A stretch of DNA of 64,000 nt from Eledone cirrhosa. Taxonomy: Eukaryota. Both the position numbers and the translations under genes were made by a program. The notes under the pieces were generated by a model. That model was not told the origin of the DNA. It was given only the letters and a program-made list of their open reading frames with translations, and ran no database searches. Shown here in pieces: positions 39,608 through 52,790 of the stretch. The number at the start of each line of letters is the position of its first letter. Within the stretch, counting starts at the first letter, position 1. Location of the stretch: contig OZ024742.1 of assembly GCA_964016885.1 (NCBI GenBank), positions 75,764,001 to 75,828,000 of the forward strand, written 5' to 3'.

Positions 39608-39638
39608 AGTATGTTTTGAAGCAGTGAGCGAGTTTGAA

Positions 39639-39951
39639 ATTAGAAATATAAGCTTTCACCCTATTTTTGACTAAAGACATTTTTTGCCTTATAGTGGGGT
39701 TTAGAACCCTCTGAGAAATGGAAAAAGATAACTGGTTATCCAGACGTCTGTGCTACCATTACACCAACACATTACCCATAGTTGATGTGTTGGTGTAATG
39801 GTACCACAGTGGTCTGGATAACCAAAGATGTGGGTTCGACTCCCATGTACGTCGATACTCATCTTTTTCTATTTCTCTGAGGGTTCTAAACCTCACAATC
39901 AGGCTAAACATTTCTTTAGTCAAACACACGGTGAAAGCTTATATTTCTAAT
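39639..39951. mobile_element. Head-to-head inverted pair of a tRNA-headed short element
   Basis: Arms of about 135 and 170 bp are inverted; (TA)n nearby on both sides. Confidence 0.75.
39784..39854 (+). pseudogene. tRNA-derived sequence (Gln-like A box; probably a SINE head, not a functional tRNA)
   Basis: tggtgtaatgg A box, ggttcgactcc B box, foldable cloverleaf with many G-U pairs and a mismatch in the anticodon stem. Confidence 0.6.
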
Positions 39952-39953
39952 AT

Positions 39954-39998
<45 letters not shown>

Positions 39999-40280
39999 GT
40001 TATATAATAAACAACATAATATATTAATGTCATTTACAAGTGGTTTCTTGAAAGCAGATATTGTATCTGTTTTCATAAGCTCTGTACCCTACATAGAGCA
40101 CTCCTATTTCCTGTACCGTTCCGACAGAATTACTTTATTTATATATATATATAGATATGTATATATTTATATATATACATGCATATATATATATATATGC
40201 ATGTATATATATCAATTTCTATATACATACACACACATGCATATATATAAACATATATATATATATAGAAAAGAAATACA

Positions 40281-40913
40281 TATTGTATAAAGCTAAGCTT
40301 GAAGGGAAATCCTATTTCTTTTCTATTATAAGTTGAGGCAACTTATGCAGCTTCATATGCAAATGAGATTAATCACCTCATTTACACAGAAGAGAAAACT
40401 ATATTCTCGCCTGTCTTCTAGTCCAGCAGTCGCAAGCCGTGGGAGGCACCGTCCTGATGAAGGCCAGTGAAGCAAGAAATGCACAGACGATTGTCTCCCT
40501 TGCTTCTGCTAAACATCACCACAGAGCGTTTGCCCCCGGGGTTTACATAGCTACGGCTTCCTAAATCCGTATTTCTTTGGAGATACGAAATATATATAGA
40601 TATTGTATAAAGCTATGCTTGAAGAGATATCCTATTTCTTTTCTATTATAAGTTTAGCCAACTTAAGCAGCTTCATATGCAAATGAGATTAATCACCTCA
40701 TTTACACAGACGAGAAAACTATATATTCTTGCCTGTCTTCTAGTCCAGCAGTCGCAAGCGGTGGGAGGGACCGTCCTGAGGAAGCCGGTTACGCCTGAAA
40801 TGCATAGACAGTGTCCCCCTTGCTTCTGCGTGACATCACCAGAGGGCGTTAGCCCCCCGGTGTTTGCATAACTACGGCTTCCTAAAACCGTATTTCGTTG
40901 GTGATACGAAATA
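40281..40913 (+). mobile_element. Tandem dimer of a ~320-bp non-coding unit with one HHR per unit (non-LTR retrozyme-like)
   Basis: Units start at 40281 and 40601; HHR motifs at 40448-40490 (damaged) and 40770-40812; (TA)n flanks. Confidence 0.8.
40770..40812 (+). ncRNA. Type I hammerhead ribozyme
   Basis: accguc-CUGAGGA-AGCCG-guua-CGCCU-GAAA-UGCA-UA-gacagu; palindromic AUGCAU stem III. Confidence 0.75.
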
Positions 40914-40920
40914 TTTATAC

Positions 40921-41022
<102 letters not shown>

Positions 41023-41035
41023 CAAATATTTATAC

Positions 41036-41081
<46 letters not shown>

Positions 41082-41224
41082 TATAATTTATTATAATTAT
41101 TGACAAACCAATCAAATTACTTCTCGAAAAACCTGGCTTTCGAGCCACTTTTTCCATATAAAACAAGTAACATTCAGAGACCAACCAGATGTGAGAAAAA
41201 CCACAGACCCTCCATCTCAACTCA

Positions 41225-41262
41225 CCTTTTGAAAAGCAGAAGAACTGCGAAACCGGTAAAGG
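41225..41262 (+). ncRNA. Minimal type I hammerhead, U3:A8 variant (5' pLTR)
   Basis: ccuu-UUGAAAA-GCAG-aagaa-CUGC-GAAA-CCGG-UA-aagg. Confidence 0.8.
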
Positions 41263-41426
41263 AACCAAATAAATATATATATTTAAAAAAAAATAAGACT
41301 TCAGTTGCATTTTCGATTTCATCTCTTTTTCTTTATACTTCCACTTGTGTAGGACACCTCGGTTATTTTTCATTTTGTAAAAAAAACCTCACTTTCTAAT
41401 ATATACCCACCACACGAAGACCGAAA

Positions 41427-44400
41427 ATGCCACCAAAGTCTCAACAAAACAACAACTCACTGAACCAGGACATCTTAAATGAACTCAAAGAGATTTCCTC
41501 TAAACTCTCAATTTTGACCAACAAAGTGGACCAAATACACATCTATAAAAAAGGACCCCACGAAGAAACAGAAAATGCCCAAGGGACGAATATTACTCCA
41601 GTATTAACTAAGCTAATCGAAACCATTGAAACAGCAATGCTCCAAAAGACTGAACAACCGTTAGAACCCAATCTACGAGATGTCCACTCAGTGAAAAACA
41701 CCCTAATCAACATATGGACTCAAAAGCTCACAGCCCGCAAATTCGCCCTTTGGAATCTCCTAAAAAATAATGGCAAGGCAGACATATATGAAAAGTGGCT
41801 AAACTCTACCCCAATCATCCTCCCCAAAAAACTCCAAATAAAACCCATCCCGAATGAACCAGAAAACCAACAAAGACTTAGGGAAAAGATGGCATTGAAA
41901 CATTTAAAACAGAAATAGAACTTTTGCGATTAAGAGCCAACTCCAACGAAGAAAAATTCAAGTCACTCGACCAACAGATGGACACAGAAATCTCAAAGCA
42001 CTCTGAAGGCCTGCTCTACAAAAAAAACCTAAAACTTTGGAAAGAAAACTGTGAGGATGAAGAACTCACATCCCTCCAGCGATGGGAAAAAAACGCCACC
42101 TGGTTCAACAACTACGAAATGGACTTCAAAAATGAACAACATACAGGTAACCCTTTTTAAAACAAACTAAAACTCACACACCACATGCACAACAAATAAC
42201 AACAAAAGTAACAAAACGTCCAACATACCCCCAGCAAAACTATAACGATAATCCCAGAAACCATAGAGAAAACTATAACCCTACTAACAAAAACCAAAGA
42301 TCTCCGAACACAAGGCAGGACCTGATCCGCAAATCACAACCCACACAAAACCTATTCCAAAACCGTAGACCCCTGCCCACACAGAGCCTGTTCCAAAACC
42401 ATAGATCCCAACCCACACAAAGGAACCAAATCTACAACCCGGACTATCAACAAACCGAACCTCAATACGTCCGAAACTTCTATACAAGATCACACAACAA
42501 CAGGGGAAATACCATTAGATATAATAATACCAATGAAAAAACATTCCAGAAAAATCATTTTTTAGACCAAGGCTACAGGACTCACGACACCCGGTGGCAC
42601 AAACCGATTTTGAAAAACCGAAAATAATTAACATTTCAAATACAAACCTCTCAGCCCAACAAGTAAAAATTCTCTCCAAAGGTCTGAAATTCACACCAAC
42701 ACCACAATATCCTAACCCCAACGAGATAAATGACGATATCTCACACTTCTGTAGAAAATTACGTCTCACAGAGGAATTCTTTGACAAGGAGAATAACGAC
42801 GAATCAATTGTACGGAATAAAAGCAGCTACAACCCAACAAAAGGTAGAAACAGAGTTCTGGACAAATTTTGTGACCACATAGCTACCTTCCCATACCATG
42901 AACTACCGCAACCTAAACCCAAACCCAACACAAGTCGAAGGGAATGGGAGATCATCCATGAACTAAAAAACAATACGGACATTGTAATTAAGGAAGCGGA
43001 CAAGGGAAGTACTGTTGTCATTATGGAGGCTGAAAAATATAAAAATTCTATGTTCTCTCTCTTACAAAATACTAATTACTATGAAAGAGTAAAAAACTAC
43101 CAGCAATCAAAAATAATGACCAAATTAAACACACTGATTTATCGATACCAGGAAGACCTAACTAAAAAGGAACGCGATTATTTAACAAATTTTGAATACA
43201 AAACCAGCAACCTTTACGAACTTCCGAAGATCCAGAAATGTAAAATAATCAACGATGCCTGTAAACAATCCACCTCAGCCTACGTGAACACACAATACCC
43301 CACAGACCTTAAATTAAGACCAATTGTAGCGGGCCCACAATGTGAAACACACAGATTGAGCAACTTTATAGACATACTACTGAAACCAATACTGAAACAC
43401 ATACCAAGCCTTGTAAGAGACGATCTGGACCTCTTAAACCACCTCCCCAAACATGTCAACAACGACACTATTGTTGTGTCTTTCGATGTAGTGAATCTCT
43501 ACACAACGATCCCACACCAATACGGAATAGAAGCAATAGGATTCTGGCTAGAGAAATATCCCAATGAGATACCTGACAGAATAGAAAAAAGCTTCATCAC
43601 CGAGGGATTAAAATTCATCCTACAGAACAACTTTTTTGATTTCGATGGCAATACTTACAAGCAAATATCGGGGACTGCGATGGGCACAAAAGCCGCTCCA
43701 ACTTATGCCAACTTAGTCATGGCATACTTAGAAGTCCAGATATATGAACAGTCCAAATCAAAATAAGGATTGAACTTCCACAAATATTTATCAGAGAATT
43801 GGAAACGCTACTTGGATGATTGCCTCATTCTTTGGTCCCACACACTCGACCAACTGAAGGATTTCAAAAACTTAATAAACGGCATCAATAACCACATCCA
43901 ATTCACAATGGAATACAGCCAAGATCAACTCCCATTTCTGGACATCTTAATCACAAAAAAAGACACAAATATCGAAACTGACATACACTAAAAACCAACA
44001 GATTCCAAACAATATCTGCTATTCACCTCCAACCATCCAAAGCACACGAAGACGAACATTCCTTTTAACCTAGCAAGAAGAATTTGCACAATTGTCTCCA
44101 ATTATGAAACGCGAAATAAAAGACTTCAAGAATTAAAGGAAATTCTACTTGAGAGAGAGTACCCACTATTACTAATAAATAATGGAATAGAAAGGGCTAA
44201 AGCAATAGGCATTGATGAATTACGGAAACAGAAACAAATTCAAGGTACGTCCAATATTCTATCATATATCTCAACACACAACCCAAGAAATGCGGAAGCT
44301 TACAACACTATTCACAATAACATCCCACTACTAAAACAAAACCCAAGAATGAAAAAAGCCCTTGAAACACACAAAATAATCAAAAGCAAAAGACAACCAA

Positions 44401-44867
44401 AATCACTGAAAACATTACTCACCAATGCCAAATTACCTACCACAAACCCACAACCAAGTATCAAAAAATGTGGTCGCTCTAATTGTGGAACCTGCACTCA
44501 CCTCATTGAAGGCAACACGTATACATTTAAATCAGGACAAAATTTTACTGTAAAAAATCATCACTTCACTTGCTCATCAAAAAATCTACTTTATGCCATT
44601 AAATGTAAAGGATGCAATGAAGATTATATAGGACAAACTAAACTCACACTCAGAAACAGAATGACAGTTCATCGCCAACAATTACGAGATCCAACCACGA
44701 GACAGATACCACTAAGTGCACATCTAGACATTTGCGCAAGTAATAAGACACCCAAATTCCAAGTCTTCCCATTTTACCTTTGCGCTAACGATACAACAGA
44801 ACAAATGCGAATAAATAAGGAAAATATGTTTATTCAAAAATATAGACCAACATTAAATAAGGTTTAA
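41427..44867 (+). pseudogene. PLE polyprotein (N-terminal domain, reverse transcriptase, CxxxxCxxC linker, GIY-YIG endonuclease), disrupted
   Basis: LSKGLKFTPTP, ADKGS, SFDVVNLYT, QISGTAMG, RYLDD, LPFLD, CGRSNCGTC, LYAIKCKGC..YIGQT; N-terminal frameshifts and TAA stops at 43764 and 43989. Confidence 0.95.
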
Positions 44868-45900
44868 TATACATTATGTCAACACCACAATATGACATAC
44901 ACACACACACATAACACCTTCTACTTTAGAAAATAAAAACCCGAACTAAATAAACCTTAACATACGTTTGCACTGGAAATACAACAGCAAACACGAAAAA
45001 GTAAGGAAAATATGTTCATTCAAAAATATTCCTACTAAAGGAATCACTTTCCTACACACACACATACACACACACACAATATATATATATATATATATAT
45101 TCTCTTCATCTTAACATGCTAACCATACTCCCACACACATAACACCCATACACACACATAACAACCCCCACACCTACAACTCCCTCCCCATTTCTACTAA
45201 TAGAACCCCTTTCCTACACACATATATATACACACACACACAAAATATATATTCTCTCCATCTTAACATACTCGCACACACACACATAACACCCATATAC
45301 ACACACACACAACTCCCTCCCCCATCTCTACTAATAGAATCATCTTCCAATACACACATACACACACACACACACATACACACACACAAGGACACAAATA
45401 AACACATATCTTCAGTCTCAATAGAAAATCTGAACTCTGACACCTAAACTCTGACAGCTGGCCATATTCACTGAACCAGAAGATTTCTCCCAATCCCTTT
45501 TCCCTTGACCACTATCTCTCCATTGTCATAACATTCACTATAAAGACTACAGAATAGTTTTCCAAATAAGGGCGCAAAAATGTAATGAAAACTTGTTCAC
45601 GTGACAGCCAAATTTCATTTATAACCAACCAAAAAAAAGCCTTCGTGAGCCTCCTTTTTTCAAGTAAAAAGAAATTCAAACACTCATATATGAAAAAACA
45701 ACCTGTGACAACCCCCTCCCTCTCTTATTTGAAGAACTATTGTAACACGAACTGGCGCGAAATTTATTATAATTATTGACAAACCAATCAAATTACTTCT
45801 CGAAAAACCTGGCTTTCGAGGCACTTTTTCCATATGAAGCAAGTAACATTCAGAGACCAACCAGATGTGAGAAAAACCACAGACCCTCCATCTCAACTCA

Positions 45901-45938
45901 CCTTTTGAAAAGCAGAAGAACTGCGAAACCGGTAAAGG
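45901..45938 (+). ncRNA. Minimal type I hammerhead, U3:A8 variant (3' pLTR)
   Basis: Identical to 41225-41262. Confidence 0.8.
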
Positions 45939-46069
45939 AACCAAATAAATATATATATTTAAAAAAAAAATAAGACTTCAGTTGCACTTTCGATTTCATC
46001 TCTTTTTCTTTATACTTCCACTCGTGTAGGACACCTCGGTTATTTTTCATTTTGTAAAATAAACCTCAC

Positions 46070-46126
<57 letters not shown>

Positions 46127-46145
46127 CATATACATACATACATAC

Positions 46146-46220
<75 letters not shown>

Positions 46221-46303
46221 CATATATATACATATATACATATATATATATGCATATATATATACATACATATATATACATATATACATACATATATATA
46301 TAT

Positions 46304-46373
<70 letters not shown>

Positions 46374-47010
46374 CAGGAACGATCGACTTTCGTCAAATCG
46401 GACCGAGGGAACAATGTTTCCGTTAGTCTTTCCAATTGCTAATACTATCTATCGGTCGCAACTCCAGGTAGAATATATATATATATATATAAAAGGAAAA
46501 ACTTCTTAAACTCGATATTTTTGGATTATATATTTTTTGACTGTATGTTTTCCAACTCTACAATTCTGTACTCAATGCTTCTAAGCTTTCTATCCATGGG
46601 CTATATATTCTATTGCCTTATGGCTAACATTATAACACTTTTTGCCTAAATACAGATATTGTTTGATATTTATAATTATACTACACACTTTTCTTACTTA
46701 TATTGCAGATACTCTACTCTAATTAAAATGTTTGATATAATATTGTTGGTATAATATTCTTATTATAATTTGTTTGCTATAAGTAATAAGACTATCTTTA
46801 TATATAACATATACCTCCTAATATTTATATTATAACTTTAATACAATTTCCCATTATAATATTTCATTACTATATTGAAATTTGTTAAACTTTCTTTCGC
46901 TCTTGCTCTTTAATATATTGGCATTAACACGTATAATTAGTCTTCTCACCTATAATTTATCCTGCTAAATATTGTAAGTGATTATGAATATATTTGCTTT
47001 AACCTTTTAT

Positions 47011-47060
47011 ATGCTCCGATAATTTCAGACCTATATCTGGATGAAACGATCGTAATCTAT
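47011..47060 (+). ncRNA. Degenerate hammerhead relic
   Basis: CCGAUAA-U.UUCAGA-ccuaua-UCUGGA.U-GAAA-CGAUCG-UA; stem I poor. Confidence 0.4.
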
Positions 47061-47325
47061 TAAATGCCTTAAACACAATTTGATTGTTATTTATGTTGTA
47101 TTTCTGCTCTGTATTATAATTAATACTTTACAAAAGCAAAGGTAACCTCGGCAGCATTTGAACTCAGAACATAAAGAGCCATAACTCTATGCTGCGTCTA
47201 ACAACTTTGTTGTAAAATGCTTAGATGTGTTTTCAATATCGTACACACATAGGCACACACGTTACTACCCCACGTAACGATTACTCTGGTGAGTACTGGT
47301 CTAGATCTTTTTTTACCACCTCCAT

Positions 47326-47364
<39 letters not shown>

Positions 47365-47389
<25 letters not shown>

Positions 47390-50300
47390 GCTTTCTTTAT
47401 TAACCACAAGGGTTTACACAAAGTAGACATTAAGGACATTACAGGAAAATACAGGACGGTACAATTGGGCATTTCAGGCCTCCGAACAAGTGTGGCATTT
47501 GTACGTAAAGTCCATAGGGCAGACCATCTAAACCAGGCGATTTATCCCTTGTGCAGCCAATCATTGCCTCCCGTACTTCAGCGGCTATTATCGGCTTTTC
47601 CCAACACTCCGCATCAGTGGGCGAGAGCCGCGGCAGTCCGTCGAGGTAGGCACTAAAATCCATCCCTCGATCCGGCGCGCCGCTGCCCCTGAAAAGCTGC
47701 ACACATTTGCCCGGGATCGAGTAACATGCGCCTGTCGTGGTCCACCAAAGACGGGATCGTGGCTTTGTTGCCACGACGCGCCTCCGCCACTCGGGACCAT
47801 TGAACGGCTTTCGTCCCCTCGTGTCTGAGAGCACCCAGCCTAGCCCTTACAACGCAGCCTTCGTGCTTTGCATTGAAGAATTGGTCTAGGGCCAATTTCG
47901 CCGCAAGTACGTCGGTCGCGATGCCTTTACTAAGCGCCTCGTCTAAATTTCTAACTGGTTCTCCCTCTGCTCTATTTTTCTCTATTGCTAAAGCCTTACT
48001 AAACCTAATGGACTCTATTCTAATCGCTCTTTTCAGAGCAAACAACCACTTGTTGTTGACGATGGCCCCCGTCAACGCCCGCTTAACTAGTTCGCTAATC
48101 CGGTCTCTGTAGGCCTTGCGCGCTGGTAAAGACGCGTTTAGCTTCCAGTAGCCGAGTCCTCGTCTATGAAGCCTATCTAAGTCAAGCACACATATCACGA
48201 ATTTTTGGACCGTGTAGCTGACTATCTTGAATTGTGGAGAGCCTAAGCTAGACCTATCTATTTCCCTTCAAAATACTCTATCTAGATATGATCTGGATGA
48301 CCCTATGCGATTTGTCCAAGTCCACATTGGTACATTCGGGAAATTCAATCGGTACTCGTCAGACAGTTCAAAACGTGTGAGCAGGTTGGTGAGGCTCTTG
48401 CACCCTCCTCCCCTATCCACTAATCCCACACAGTTCCAGCGTGCATCTAAGATCCCGTTCCAGTCGCCCACTAACACTAAAGAGCGGGATGTTCCAAGAA
48501 AGAACTCCAGATGCCGGAAGAAATCAGGCCGCCCTGCTCCTGTCGGGGCATAGACGGCCACAAGCCACCAGCACCAATAACCTACCTTCTGAGTCCAGGA
48601 AGATGGCCCGTATGGCGAGCCCCAAGCCTTTCCGAAAAAACACAGCCACTCCTCCCTCCGCTCGGAGATGCGTAACCTCGTAACCTTCGAAGATCGGTGC
48701 GAAAGCTTGCGTTTCGGAGATTCTCGTCTCGCTGATGGCCACCACATCTATGTATAAAGACCTGGGGTCGTTAAGCAATGACCCTGCTTCCAAACCGAGC
48801 TCAAGCCACGCACATTTACACTTGCGATCCTGAATACGGCCATGTTGGGTGAGGAATGGTGCAAGTGAGAAAGGATCGCTTACCTTGATCGTCTGGTGAA
48901 GGGACCGTTGAATCGCCCTTCGGCTGGTCGTCGGCTCCTCTGTGAGTATATCCGAGTATAATCTCCGGCTGAGTGTCCCTCCTAGGTTTCTGAAATCACC
49001 AACTGCGTTGGGGAATTTCATTTTAATGTTTGTGTATTGTTTCTGTGATATTCTTACCAGTCTTATGTTCGTTGGTGTTTTGATTGGTGCTGGTACTAAG
49101 TAGTCATGCTGTGAAACGTCTGTGTTCAATTATGAAAGTCATTAGTTGCTTGTTGTGTGTATTTATTGCTGTGCATTTCTTTTTCTGGGGCGGGGTGGTG
49201 TTCTGCTATTTTCTTGTCGTTGTTGCTGGGTGTGTGTGTTTTGTTGTTGTGTTTTGTTGTTGTTGGTGCTTCTGGTGTTGTTGTTGAATGTGTTGTTATA
49301 GTCGGCGGTCGGTTTGCGCCGGTGGTGATGCTAGTGTGGGTGGTGATCGTGTTGGTGGTGTTGCTGCTGTGAGTCTCCTTGCAGTAGCCTTTACCCTTTT
49401 CTCATTTCTTCCCTCCCTTTTCGAAGGCGACGATGCGCTGCTTCTCCGTTTGTGCCTTCTTTCGATCTGTTGCCATCCCTCTCCCACCTCACACTCCATG
49501 TCTGATTCTGTGAGGTCGGGGAAGGGTACCAGCTCCACTCTTTCACTTGTTCTTGTTGATGATGTTTGCAGTGGAGTCTCTGTTGCAGCTGTAGTTGGTA
49601 TTACTGTTGTTGTTAATACTTCCACTGCTGCTGCTGTTCTTGATTTCCGTGGCGTGGGTATGGGTGCCACGGACCTATCCTTCCTGCTTGCCGCCTGTCC
49701 TGTTGCTGGTAGCAGTGGAGTCGGTTTCGGAAGGAGGGGAATTCACTCCTATCTCAGGGTCTTCTCATTGCAGAAGACCCTGAGGTGAGTCTTCGACCCA
49801 CAGCGGAAGCATTTCGGGCGTTTGCCCACAACACTTATCGGAAGTTGAGTGCCGTTATCGAAGTCTATCACATCCAGGATAGATTCGATGCACTCCTGGT
49901 TGGTTTGAATTAACATCTCAATGGAGGCGCCGACCCAATCTTCTCGTACTTTTTTCTGTACTTGCAGTACGGTTGTTTTGTCCTCGATTCCGACGAGGAC
50001 AGACGCGGCCAGCCAAGAAGGGGCCATCTCGTGGGGAACATGGGTCAGTTTGACCCTCAATTTTTTGGCCGTAGGAGGAGGGCAAAAACACCATTTCCTC
50101 GCTCCTTACGGTCAGTAAGGATTGAGCCTTTACCTCCTGGGGTGTGGCAAAAAGCACGTCCACGGTGGCATATTTCTTGCCTCAGGTGATATTCGTTTTT
50201 GGCTGCCACACAGATCCTAAGGCTTTTTTTGTATTTGAGCCTCTGTGGCTCTTTCAACCCTATGCGATTTTGTGCTTAGTGTACGGTACGTGACCGTACA

Positions 50301-50870
50301 GTCCTGTTGGGTTTCGAAAAATTCTTCGGCTGCTTTGCAGATTGCTTGGTGTCCGGTTTTCCTCACCATCTTCTTTGCTTCCTGTAATTCCTTCTTTGCT
50401 TCCTGTGATACCTGCAAACGAGATTGGTTTTTCTTTCTTGTTGTTGTCGCCAGAGCTGCTGTTACTTTTGTTGTTGCTGCTGGTACTACGACCTCCGCCG
50501 TCGCTGTTGATGTTGCTGTTGTTGTTTCTGTTGCTGCTGTTGTTGTTGTTGCTGCTGCTGTTGTTGTTCATGCTGCTGCGGATGTTGTTGCGGCTGCTAC
50601 TAGTATTTTCCTCGCCACTGTTGCTGCTGCGGATGTTGTTGCGGCTGCTACTAGTATTTTCCTCGCCACTGTTGCTGCTGCTATTACCGCACACATCTTT
50701 CGTCGTTGTCGTCTTCGTGGAGAATAGTCCACGGTACGCGCGTTCGCTTGATGAAGAACGCTACGATAAACTACATTTTTCTTGTTCTTAAATGGCGTCG
50801 CTTGCGAAAGAGGCGACAGAGGCGACAACACATTTAGAGAAGAGAGGGAGAGAGACAATCTTTTCTCTGA
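47365..50870 (-). mobile_element. Tx1/L1-clade LINE: ORF1 with zinc knuckle, ORF2 APE endonuclease, RT internally deleted, (ATT)n tail
   Basis: RPKCFRCGSKTH..C knuckle; ORF2 from 48843 MAVFRIASVNVRGL, AISETR, VYAP, VGDWN, YLDRV, GYWKLN, KSPGLDGLP; then 3' UTR with aataaa and (att)n. Confidence 0.9.
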
Positions 50871-50989
50871 CGTAATGACGATCGGGGAGAAGAAGACGTA
50901 AGGAGTGGGAGTGACTTGTGAAAATTCTTTTTTGTAGCCATGTTTTTTTACGGTTTAAAATGAATATTGGGCACACAACCCCAAACACT

Positions 50990-52790
50990 GGTTATTTAAC
51001 CCGAAGGGGTTACGACTGCAGGAAAGATGGTAGAGGGGTTAAAATAGTGCAAGAAGATGGTCTTAAAATAAACGGTCGCTTGAAAAATATTTTCCATCTG
51101 GTGTGGTTAAAAGATACAATTTCACACGACTAGAATTATATCCATTCTCATCTTCTTCAAGAAAGGAGCCAAATATATTTGTGAAGAATGTTGATGGTTA
51201 CATCTTTTCCATAAATGTTCTTAATCGTCTGCTAATGCATGCTGCAACTAACATTCTGCCTGAATCCCAATGTTATCGGGGTTCATATACAGGAACTACA
51301 GATATGATCTTTGCTGCACGCAGGTGCAGGAGAAATCTAAGGAGCAACAGATTGTGTATACAATTGCTTCATTGATCTCACGAAGGCCATGGCAAAGTCA
51401 ATAGGCAAGCCCTTTTGGATTTACTGCTGAAGCTGGCCTGCCCTGACAAATATACTGGGACCTGAGACGTTTAGGGCATTGCATGATGTCACGAGGACGT
51501 GGGCTGGCATCAAGGATGAGCTCATAGAACCTTTCTCATTTGAGACAAGTGTAAAACAGAATGACTTCCTGGCTACGTCATTGGTTGCCATCTTCTTTGC
51601 AGTTGTTTTGTTACTGATGTGTGTATATCTATACGTTATCGAACAACAAGAAGGAATCTGACGATTCCTTGCTGCATCAAAAACATATATTTCACTGATA
51701 CGTGATCTTCTTTATGCAGGCGATGGTGATCTTGTTAGCCACGCGGAAGAGGAACATCCTTTTCTGATGGATTCGTTCTCGACGGTATGAGAGGAGTCTG
51801 GGCTGAGAATGAGCCTGAAAACGGAAAACCATATATTCCACCACCTTATCAGTCAAAGAGAAAATATAGATGCCTGGCGATAAGTTCGTCTACCTGAGAA
51901 TACTCTATCTAGAAGCATCACCTTTGATGAAGCCGTAAGTTACCAGTTGTCTAACGCTCCCGACGAACTTAAGATCGAGGACCACACTCAGTCACAGTGT
52001 GTGCACGAAAGTTGAAGTGTAGCAAGCATGTGTGCTTATAGCTTTGCTGTGTGGATTTGAGACAATGGATAACATGTTGCTGGTATATTTATCGACTCGA
52101 ACTTTTCCACAAACAATCTTTACTCTCCACCCTCAAGAATTCATGAAGTTCTCATACATCAGATACTGATGTCCTGTAACGGGTCTGTCTCCCAAGCATC
52201 ATGATCATGATCATGAAACAGCGTTTGCAGGGGTCAGGTCACATAATACGCCTACAGGGCAGCAGACATCCAAAACATGTATTGGGAGCTGCTGCAAGCA
52301 CAAGCCTGCAGTTCAACCCCAACACCTGTTTTAAAGACTGCCTGAAACATATCCTGAAGAAGGTCATCATCAACACATGGGTATATCTTGCTAGAAAGAG
52401 AGCCCAGTTAAGAATTTGGATAACTGCAGGTGTTAAGAAATTTGAAAATTAGCAGAGAGCCTCTGCTGAAGTGAAGCGAGCATCTAAATATACGATTGAT
52501 GTTAGTCCTCTCCCAGCATGTGGTTCGAAAGAGACTCTTATCCTCTGATATATGCGGACGTGTATGTATATCAAAGGCTTAATAAGCAATAACAGAGGTC
52601 ATACTCATGGACATTACAACTCTCAGTATCTCATACATCTTGATTTAGCATGTGGTATCTTTACCAAAGTGTGTCACTCAGCATGTGTTCTAAGACAGCA
52701 CCACAAAGCACGCCACACAACTCAAATTCAAGCAGGCGTGAAAATACCAGCTCACTGTGTGGTATGGTATATAAGTCATTTCCTAGTTTT
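50990..52790 (+). mobile_element. Degenerate RTE-clade LINE (RT and C-terminal region)
   Basis: NILPESQC, TTDMIFAAR, FIDLTKA, SVKQ..LA..L..IFF, DLLYAGD, RLQGSGHIIRL..SRHPK. Confidence 0.8.

Larger units (their letters stand above)
41085..46080 (+). mobile_element. Near full-length Penelope-like retroelement (Neptune-type linker) with ~320-bp direct pLTRs
   Basis: pLTRs at 41085-41404 and 45761-46080 are nearly identical; long (TA)n on both sides; RT + GIY-YIG ORF inside. Confidence 0.95.

Noticed and set aside
39784-39854. Functional tRNA-Ser(GGA)
   Set aside because: Short variable loop, mismatched anticodon stem, many wobble pairs and location inside an inverted repeat; better explained as tRNA-derived.
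43764-43991. In-frame stops in the PLE RT as possible selenocysteine or readthrough
   Set aside because: Both are TAA at probable Tyr positions rather than TGA at Cys, so they are ordinary nonsense mutations.
50245-50791. Plus-strand poly-Val/Ala/Leu ORFs that look like membrane proteins
   Set aside because: They are antisense readings of the trinucleotide-rich 5' part of the Tx1-like element.
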